From positions 1-59,293 of the forward strand of contig NIVC01000775.1 in assembly GCA_002269645.1 (NCBI GenBank): a stretch of 59,293 nucleotides of DNA, given 5' to 3'. This DNA is from Macrostomum lignano. Its lineage: Eukaryota. The translations under genes and the position numbers were made by a program. Below are positions 24,201-32,723 of this stretch, piece by piece. The notes under the pieces are model-generated. The model worked only from the letters and a program-made list of their open reading frames with translations, searched no databases and had not been told where the DNA came from. Each line of letters begins with the position of its first letter. Positions within the stretch are counted from its first letter, which is position 1.

Positions 24201-26292
24201 AATACATGTAGCTTAATTAACTAAGAGAATACTAATAAATGTGACGAATATATTGTAATGGATGTTAAAACAAAAACACCGGCCTAATAACCTCTTATGC
24301 ATATTACTTATGACTAATTTATATTAGCAAGATGTGGCTACAACTACAAGCAGTGTCAAAGATATTTACTCTGGTAAGACTAGGCCTAAAGAGGTTTTAA
24401 CTTACTGTCTTAAATTTTCGAGTATAGAAATATTATTATGGCCACAATAAGACCAACTAGACTAAGTTGAAGCCTAGCCAACTGATAATTTTGCTAATAT
24501 TGTCATTTCAACCAGCACTTTTTGTACAAGTACATATTGGAAAACTTTTATGAGACATCTTTATGTGATTTTTATAGACATCAGTGTCCACTTTATAGAG
24601 ACATTAGCACATTCTGCCATGATATAATTATTGGTATCATTGAGGGTTATTCCATGAAAAAAGACACTTTTAAAGAAATTAAAATCTTAAAGACTATGCT
24701 AAACTAATAGAGTAATTAACAAATCATATTTTATAAGAAATATCCTTGCAAAAAACCTATTTATGATTCTAGATTGATTTCTAATTGCCAAATAAGGATA
24801 TATAGTATTTTTGTTTAAATTTGCTAAAATTTGCTCAAAAACTACTCCAAAATTGTTGAAACCTTGACTTACTATTAATACTCATTACTTTTAGCTTTTG
24901 CCTTGAAACTTCAACAAAATAATAATAATCTCTTCTTTTTATTGCATTAAAGATAAAGCCAAAACTGAGTTCAATTTTTTTATTTCAATTTTTTGAACAA
25001 CTGGAAGATAGATTCATTATGACCAGGATGTTAAAACTGTAATATCAAAAGTAAAATCATAGTAACAAAAAATTAATGCTGATCTGCCTCTCTGAATTGG
25101 AACTATTTAATTGATTGTTTGCTACAAATTGATTAGTTTTTTGCAAATATATATTAAGTAAAATGAAGGAAAAAATAATGTTACCTATTATTTTTGGTAG
25201 TTACAACTAAGATCATGATTAGTCAAGCTATAGTTATTTGCAAATCAACAAAACAGTTCTATTTTTCTAAATAAACTTTGTATTGACAACTTTATTTTCT
25301 ATATCATTCAGCAATATGAGGGAAATGATATCCCTTGCTAGGAATAAGCTAATTTATCTATAAGACACTATCTTAGAGTCAAAATTGGAAGTTATATTTT
25401 TCTAAGATTGCAGTTTCCAAGGATTTATCATCTTAGGATTGCTATCTATGGGTTAGAGATAGGATGGGATCCTAATGGTACCTGATAAAAAATTGATTTC
25501 ATCTATTTGGATCTAGGCATATTAGGCCTATATATTTATAAATATGTATCATTAAATAAAGATCATAATTCCTAATCCCACTTTTATAAATTTTTATCTT
25601 GTCTAACCTTTAATAGATTTGCTATACTAAGAACTTTCCTATAAGTATCAAAACTGCTACAAACCTAAAGGAGTTACTAACTTGCTATATTTTTATTACT
25701 AAATAATGAACACTATATTTTCTCGGGGAAATCAGAAAAATGAGTCAAAAAGGATATTGCAGTGCATTAAGTTTTAGTACTAAAAGACTTTTTAATAGTA
25801 AGAATAGTAAAATTAGGACTTACAATAAAAGTTATATCATATAGCCCTATTAGGCCTATCCATTGTTGCTTATGTGTGAAATATGACCAGGGGGTTGTGC
25901 ACTTTATACCTATGAGGACCACCTCAAAGACATAGATAATGCATATTTCTTATGATAAGAAATTCAAAGGGCTGCTATAAACCCTATGTGAGTGTGGGCT
26001 AAACAAAGTATGCATGGCTTTTGTTAATTAAAGCAAAATGCCATGCATTAAACATAAGCTGTTCTAATTATTTATTTCTGTTACGTGTTACAAAAGTTTC
26101 AATAAAGAACTAAAGAATTATTAAATGAATACAATTTGAATACAGTGTACTCACATTGACATTAAAATTTGCCTCTGTGTTATCGAGATACTGGACGACA
26201 CAATGAAGTGTGCTTTTGTCATGCACTCCATCTGAATTGTCCCGAGGAGATCTTGGCCGAAGGTGATGAAATAGCCGCCGGAAGAACTGCAT
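12213..26292 (-). CDS. EPB41L5: FERM + FERM-adjacent (FA) domain protein, Yurt/EPB41L4B/EPB41L5-like (~798 aa)
   Basis: Exons 26155-26292, 23949-24108, 23781-23862, 23270-23370, 22720-22846, 22008-22101, 21830-21918, 21670-21739, 18499-18884, 15954-16099, 15742-15871, 14684-15338, 12213-12431. All are GT-AG and in phase (2397 nt). Motifs: [106 protein letters not shown]. The low-complexity C-terminal exons are less certain. Confidence 0.9.
12545..12985. repeat. 45-bp minisatellite (~10 copies; first units ~41 bp)
   Basis: Unit GCTGTGAACTCCCGGTCTTGTGAATGTCAGTCAGTGTCTTTTGCC, in the last intron of the FERM gene model. Confidence 0.95.
13525..14440. repeat. 29-33-bp minisatellite with variant units (~29 copies)
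   Basis: Constant core GAAGGAC(T/A)G(T/A)GAGGGAGACAGCGG followed by variable tails CATCTCATT, AATTCTATT, ATTTTTCT, ATTCT or ATTTT. Confidence 0.95.
17825..18075 (+). mobile_element. SINE-like family 2 copy
   Basis: B-box GGGTTCGATTCCC near 17850. GCCTGACAATGGAAAAGTCAGGG and CATGCGTGCTCAGGGGTCA are shared with 5790-6070. Confidence 0.5.
18113..18403 (-). mobile_element. SINE family 1 copy
   Basis: High similarity along its length to 4580-4885. Confidence 0.9.
20815..21000 (+). mobile_element. Degenerate relative of the hAT-like CT-tract MITE
   Basis: TTCACAATCCGGCCCGCTC, a short CT tract and GGCCCGCAG..ATG.GC..GATTCT match the family blocks. Confidence 0.5.
22195..22547 (+). mobile_element. 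5'-truncated non-LTR retrotransposon (LINE) 3' end with CCHC zinc knuckle
   Basis: A frame not listed in the ORF track reads [26 protein letters not shown]...[10 protein letters not shown], the C-terminal C-x2-C..H..C motif typical of I/R1/Loa-type ORF2. Ends in AGTCAAGTCAAG. Antisense within a FERM intron. Confidence 0.75.
22885..23115. repeat. Degenerate AT-rich (TTATTAGCT)-like low-complexity repeat
   Basis: Recurrent ATTAG/TTAGCT motifs. A similar stretch occurs at 24150-24235. Confidence 0.55.
23478..23749 (+). mobile_element. SINE family 1 copy
   Basis: TAGTGGTTAGAGC...GGTTCGATTCTCG, then the CORE-like block and family 3' region. Reverse complement of the other copies. Confidence 0.9.
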
Positions 26293-28615
26293 TTAGTATA
26301 TGTTACAACAGCAGCCTCTTGTATGTTTAAACAGACGGCTCGATTCTTTATTATATTACTATTTACTGTGATGCAACTTTTCTGGCAATTACAGAACAGC
26401 AACTATTAACAAAATAAAATTGGATAAAAAGGCTAATACTGTCGAATTGATACGACTGATTGCTGAAAAACTACAAATATCTTTAGTAGATAAACATAAA
26501 AAGACAGCGAGAGAGGCAAAAATGGATGTAAAAGTTTAATAGGAAATACACGACACAATCGAACAGTTTGCAAAAAGAATGATAAATGCTTGATTTAAAT
26601 GGAGTTAATTATAAGAGTCATTAACTTTTTTTCAAGAGTAGTAAGTTACTATTATTTGACCTTTAATTTAATTTTCTAAAGCAGCTATGTTACTTCTGAG
26701 TATTAAAATTGTGTTTTTGAAAGTAAAGAATTCTAATTTGTTAAAATAGACAACCGGTAAAGTTTTTTATACACTTGCAAAAGCAAAAATATGATTAATA
26801 CGGCCAGGGCACGAACATAGGCCGCCGACAGAATCCTACGCTCGTAGTACGTCAGCCAGCAAACAGTCGACAGTCGACGATAACGAGCTACATCATGTAG
26901 TGCGAGCATTGTCCTCACTATAGCGGGGTTAGTATAATATGATGTTCTTCTATCAAAAGTTGTCCACCTAAGGTGCATGAAGCTGAAGCACAGGGTTGCG
27001 TCAACGACAAGGTGAGGGAAGAAAGGTAAGGAGATCACAATAGAAAGCTACATGTAGTTGCCGCTGCAAGCGAGAACGAATGGCTGCATCCGCTTCCCAT
27101 ATGTTGAACCACATCGTATGGCTGTCGACGATTTAGAGAAGCTGCTAGCGACTGACCCAATGTGGATGAAATAAAGAGCTTTGCTCAGAAAGAATTGAAA
27201 GTGAGAATTAATTGGAAATCAACCATCACCAACGTACAAGGAATTGATGCCGTCGGTCGTTTCGAGAAGTTTTCTAACTGCCAAATAATTTTTACACGGC
27301 TTGATCTCCACTGTGGTTGGAGTCCGATTGGATTGTTTCGCAATCTTATGAAACGGGGCAAGTGACCCAGTTTACGTTATCAACGATTCTTCGGCGCGGA
27401 AAACCGCGCTGCACCGGAAGAATTTGAAGATTCGAGCCAACTGCGACACCATGAGTCATAGAGTTTATATTTGAGTAGCGTCTGATGCAAAGTGAAATAC
27501 TACATGTATACATATGTATATTAAGTACGTTCACTCGTGGTTCGTACATGTATTGTAGTTGTGTTTTTCAATTTCTAAAAATTCTGAAATTCTGCACACA
27601 GAATCTAATTATAAGATTGGTAGAATGGGGACGGAAATTATTCATCTTACAATGTACAATGTACCTTTCCTCTAACCTGTCAAAGCAATCCACTCTAAAG
27701 AATCACTCGTAATATCAGTTTTGTGTTGGATAGATCTGTTGTGAAGCAGTTTTATGAAATCGCGTTACCTGTTCTGTGGCCTTGTCTGCGCTTAGCCCCA
27801 ATGCTTTGTTTGATGTCAATGTGCCTATTCTAACTAGCTCTGTTCAGCAAACCAGCATTGCTTCCTATGATGAGAAAGGATTTCTGAACTAGAGTGAGAG
27901 ATAACAGGTCTCTGCTGAATTGACAGCGAAATTAAATAAATACAACAACAAAGACTGTATTGTAAAATACTCAGATTAAATAAATAAATATATTGCTTTT
28001 AGAAAATGCCTATTCAACTGCAGCCTTGCCGCGGATTGCAAAAAGTACAATTAGGATGTCGCAAGCCCAATGTAGTAAGTAGGCCATAATTATTCATTCA
28101 GTTTTAGCAAAAATTCGACAAAATTCCGTTGAGAGACGAACTTAAACCGCACTGAGGCCATGGATGAATGAAACCATGAATTGCTCGGCTGCGGTTCAGT
28201 TCTCGCTTATTGGTTGGCCGAAACTGGCTGGCTGTCTATGGCCGAAATGCATTTTCCCTGAAGCTATTACATGTAAATAGGTTTTTACCATAGACAAAAA
28301 ACTTCTATGGCCCCGCCAGCTGCAATAGTCTATGGCCAAGAGACCATTGATTCAGTGCAATCCTTATTCGGTTCAAGGAGTTCTATAATTAGCATTCGGG
28401 ATTGGAAACGAGTTTTACCTCATAAGGCCACGCAAATTGTAAAGATAAGGAGACAGCACTGAATGTCTATGACTCTGTCTGACTCTGTCTATGCTAGTCT
28501 GGCCTCATAAGGTAAAACTGAAAAATTCGTTTCCACTCTAGATTGCTAATTATAGAACTCCTTGATTCGGTTGCTATGCTGCAATAAACAATCCATAATA
28601 CGGTCTGCTACAAGC

Positions 28616-28790
28616 ATTTTGGCGCCGCAGTCACTCATTTTATCCCCGGAGACACTCATTTTAGCGCCAAAGTCACGCATTTTGGCGCCGCAGTCACTCA
28701 TTTTAGCCCCGGAGACACTCATTTTAGCGCCGAAGTCACGCATTTTGGCGCCACAGGCACTTATTTTGGCGCTGCAGACACTCATTTTGC
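28616..28790. repeat. 21-bp minisatellite with 63-bp higher-order structure
   Basis: Monomers CATTTTGGCGCCGCAGTCACT / CATTTTA(T/G)CCCCGGAGACACT / CATTTTAGCGCC(A/G)AAGTCACG repeat as an A-B-C trimer twice, followed by two more diverged monomers. Confidence 0.9.
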
Positions 28791-28979
28791 TTCCTGCAGC
28801 AAAATTCTTGATTTCCATATCGGATCACAAGGAGGAGGGGGGGGGGCAAAGTATCGGCATGCCCCACAGCTTTTAGTGGGGGAGGGAGGCATGCCCCTCC
28901 TGTCCCCTCCGATGGCGACGCGCCTAGCTTCAGACTTTTTCACCAAACAGTTTCTTCAAACAATAGCTAGATATTAGGA

Positions 28980-29399
28980 ATTGTACCATGACCTTTGTGC
29001 CCGCTGGGCACTTATTCTTGCCTTTTAATGCCATAAACTACATTTAAGCCCGCTTGCAGGAGTCACACTTACTTTAATGCAAATTAGCGGGCAGTTATTG
29101 ATATTAACTGCCCGCTAATTTGCATTAGAGTAAGTTTGAAATAGACAATCGGGCGTTAAATGTCAATAATCCATAGAAATAAAGACTTTCCGTGACAATA
29201 TTTGCGTTCTCCGGGATTTTATTTGGTAATATTCAATAATATCCCGTAAAGTCTTTATGTCTATGGTTTATACGAGATTACACATGCCTTTTTCGGGAGT
29301 TATTTTCATAAATCCCTCAAAAGGCATGTTTAATCTGGTACTTAACTGCCCGCTAATTTTGTCCCACTTTGTCAAGGACACAAATGTCTATGGCACAAT
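28980..29399. mobile_element. Unclassified foldback/MITE-like element with nested hairpins
   Basis: Imperfect ~24-bp terminal inverted repeats (ATTGT(A/G)CCAT..GAC.TTTGTG.CC). Internal hairpins at 29068-29134, 29171-29266 and 29282-29329. Confidence 0.65.
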
Positions 29400-29827
29400 A
29401 ATAGTAATACCCATGCTTTGCGGGTATTAATGTACTATTGCATTTTGATAAAACTGTGTTCACAGAAAAAACAGCAGTGCAAACATGAGCTCTGTTGATC
29501 TTATGGGGGTTGGTTGGTACAAACCTATTGTTGAAACTTTGTTGCTGGGCATTTTGCGAAAGCGAATAGACAGCTTATTTTTTCAACTTGATTAAAACAA
29601 ATGCAGTTTGAAATCAAACAGACGAGCATTGCTCCAGTCAGCAGGGCTGACCAGAGCGCTATGGAATCGGCAAGCAGAAAAGCGGTGCTCAAGTCAGCTG
29701 ACCATCGATCCCCGAGCAAACACCGGCAGTAGCCATGAGCATCAATTTGCGCACCTGCTGGTTGCCAACAAATTCTGTTGCCAAATGTTTGAACGCCGAG
29801 TTGCCAGGTGGTCAAGCAGTCCAGGTG

Positions 29828-29835
29828 CATAAAAA
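29828..29835 (+). promoter_or_regulatory. Candidate TATA-like box of the ependymin-related gene
   Basis: CATAAAAA about 85 nt upstream of the ATG. An ATTAAA poly(A) signal candidate lies at 30780-30785. Confidence 0.35.
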
Positions 29836-29913
29836 GCACCCCTGGCCAGCGACCAGAGTCCATCAAGTCCACTCGATTTCTCACTGCCGGACATCCAGAC
29901 TCTCTGACTCAAG

Positions 29914-30582
29914 ATGAAGCTGCTGCTGCTGCTCACCGCCCTGGTGGCCACCGCCCTGGCCTGCGAGAACCCGCCCAGAGAGGGAGCCATCGGAGTGGCC
30001 GGTCTCGGCTACCACAACGGCACCTACCTCAAGCTGCTGGGAGGCATCGCCGGCTCCAAGGAGAAGAAGAAGGTGGCCGCCTACTTCAAGGTGAAGTCCC
30101 AGAACTACTCCGGACACCACTACACCATGTTCGACTTCGAGGCTGGCGTCGGCTACTACGCCTGGGGCACCAGCGCCGCCAATGCCCGGTGCGTGAAGAT
30201 CCCCGTGAGCCACGCCAAGTACTTCCTCACCCTGTGCCCCAAGATGTGGCCGAACAACCGCGTGGTGGCCCGCTCCACCGTCACCAGCCGCAAGGTGCCC
30301 ATCAGCGTGCACTGCGGCCGCATGACCAAGGGCGACCTCTCCATCAAGCTGGGCGGCGTCATCGATGACCGCTGCGTGCCGATCCTCATCAAGAAGAAGT
30401 ACAGGAAGAACGGCCAGTGCTCCGGCGGTATTCTCTTCTTCTTCGGCTTCCACCAGCCCAAGGACAAGTACTTCGAGCTGCCCGAGCTGTGCGCCAGCGC
30501 CAAGTTCTACAAGCCGAAGCGCGGAGAGGGCAGAAAGCCGTGCAGCGAGAAGACCAAGGGCCTGCCAACCCCCGACAGCTAA
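29914..30582 (+). CDS. EPDR: Secreted ependymin-related protein (EPDR family), single exon, 222 aa, very basic
   Basis: Strong GC3 codon bias. Signal peptide MKLLLLLTALVATALA. Ependymin-like pattern: C-x-x-P after the signal, MFDFEAGVGYY......RCVK, DDRCVPI, FF.GF....KYFELPELC. Eight Cys and N-glycosylation sequons NGT and NYS. The family call is from motif recognition, not a database search. Confidence 0.8.
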   Translation: MKLLLLLTALVATALACENPPREGAIGVAGLGYHNGTYLKLLGGIAGSKEKKKVAAYFKVKSQNYSGHHYTMFDFEAGVGYYAWGTSAANARCVKIPVSHAKYFLTLCPKMWPNNRVVARSTVTSRKVPISVHCGRMTKGDLSIKLGGVIDDRCVPILIKKKYRKNGQCSGGILFFFGFHQPKDKYFELPELCASAKFYKPKRGEGRKPCSEKTKGLPTPDS

Positions 30583-31004
30583 ACTGCTGGACTGACCTTG
30601 GACTGGGGATTTTCCACTGCAGCAATGCTGAGTACCGGCGTATGGCTGGTTAACTAGCAGAAATACACGAGACCTGCTGCTGCAGCTGCGAACCGCATTT
30701 GCACCATCGTGCTGCCTGAGTTGTCTTTGCCTCATTTTGCTCATCTGAATGGCACCGTGTTGGGATGGCTTGGATTGCAATTAAAAAAAGAACTGATCGA
30801 TTTTCAAGTGTTTTTTTAATAATTGCCGTTTGACGACCCGTCAGTATATTATTGATCTTAGGGAGCTCATGCATGTAGGGATCATTTTGATAGTTCTTAA
30901 GAAGCAATTTGAAATGGATGATTAAAACACTTTATTAAAAATTACAAGGCTAAAAATGAATTCCATTTCATTTACTGATGGTACTGATTCCTCTGGCCAG
31001 AGTG

Positions 31005-31820
31005 ATGAGGCTATGAGAGTGTCTAGGCCAACCAGGCGGCACAGAATCTCCGAGGTGAGGGTGATGAAGGGTCCCAGAGTGACGCCGAGCGCCGTGTAGA
31101 TGGCAATCAGCATCGGGAAGCTGGTTGAGTAGTTGAGCACCAGCACCAGGACTGCGCTGAAGAACAGCGAGACATTGTTGACGAGCAGGGGCGACACCTT
31201 CGGGTTGCCGGCGGCCCATCCGACCAGAATGCGGCTGAGGGTGTTGGCGCTGCCGAAGGCTGCATTCAGATACCTGGACTCACCGTCGGAGACTCCAATC
31301 CAAGCTATTAGGAAGCCGGAGTCCTTTAACAGAGACAAATCGGTCATCAGGAGGAACGCATCACGGATGGGTTTGGGCACCCAAGCCGCAGTCTCGTCCT
31401 CAGACTCTTCCCCATCAGGCATCTTTTCCGGTTTGGCGATGGTTCTCACTGAACCTTGAGTTGACATTTCGCCGGGGATTCGCGTCATTGAGATGACCAG
31501 CTGGCTCGGCGTCACTGCTGACCTTTTCCGTATTCTGGAACTCGCCAGACTCGCCACAGAGCCGGCATAGAAGATATCCTTGCGGTACAGAGGCCGCTTG
31601 AAGTCCTCAATGGCAGCCGTTGCTATGGGGTCGTCACACACCGCCTAGACGTCAAATTGGCGCGCCCGAGCAGCCTTGGTGACTTTGCAGCGGTTGCTGG
31701 CGGAGCCCGCAGGGATTTTCGTCCGGTGGTCGACGAGCGCAGGCAGGGATCGCAGCACGGCTCCCACGCTTCCGCCCTCGGTGCTGGTGCTCATCTTCCT
31801 GACGCTCACAGTTGAGACGA
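31005..31820 (-). pseudogene. SLC16: Disabled fragment of an SLC16/monocarboxylate transporter (MFS)
   Basis: RPLYRKDIFYAGSV (invertebrate MCT loop motif), DLSLLKDSGFLI, FGSANTLSRILVGW and FITLTSEILCRLVGLD. There is an in-frame TAG at 31645-31647, apparent loss of the TM7 segment between FLIAW and IGVSDGE, no TM1-6, and homology stops before TM11-12. Confidence 0.7.
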
Positions 31821-32723
31821 CAACTAATAGCTCGTAGCAACTTATGGCCCATGCGAGAGTGATGCTGCAGTGATGACGTCAGATTCAGAGCTACAATTAC
31901 CTAGCCTTAGGGGACTGTACAGGCCGGCACATAAACTTATAGACCGTTTGGTCTCGAATAAAACTTTTATGGAAAATTATAAATCTTCGTACTACAGAGT
32001 TTTCCAATGGTGCACTGCCATTGAATCCGGAACCTGTAACTTATTTTTTATTATGAACTTGCAATGTTCTCGATTCATTTTCAAGCAAAAATTAAGGAAA
32101 ACCCATTTTAAGTCGTCCTTGCAAAAATCCGCTTGCTCTAAACAAGGAGCTCCATTCCTAAACAGCGATTATACGATACCATCGCACCGAAGTTACTGTC
32201 ATCTCACTGTAGACAAGGCAGCTAGGAAGTCAATGCATGCAAATTATGAGTTGACTAATGTTTATTTGGAGCTGTACAGCAGGTTCAAAAAGGCTAAACT
32301 CACATAGTGAATTATTAAACACTAATAGCAATCGTACTAGAAGCTATAACACTTTGGGCAAGAGTAGAATAGGCAAAAACTTAGCAAGAAAAATCCTGAA
32401 CCATGTTAGATGTACGATTGCATGTATTGACTGAAGGTTGGAATCAACTGAACGAGAATTTAATATTGTTTTTACTTGGACTATTGCGTTCTCTATGAAT
32501 CAATGACAGTAAATAATCAGGAAAATTTTTAAAAGCTAATATTTTGTGGATGAGAAGAGTAAGCTCTGCTTTTACAGAGGATGGAAACATGTTTAAAAGC
32601 AGGGAAGGAGAGAAATGAGCCATGTTTGAGGGGGAGATTCCAAAGAAAAAACCAGCACTTTCTGCAACCGACTCTGTTATTAAATGATTTAAAGAAAGTT
32701 TGTTAAAACTATCCTACGTTGAT

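Noticed and set aside
24110-26080. Mitochondrial insertion (NUMT)
   Set aside because: I could not recognise any mitochondrial protein, rRNA or tRNA sequence in the frames read. This is not excluded without a search.
29881-30780. 299-aa minus-strand ORF and other overlapping ORFs
   Set aside because: Antisense shadows of the GC3-biased ependymin-like gene, with no signal of their own.
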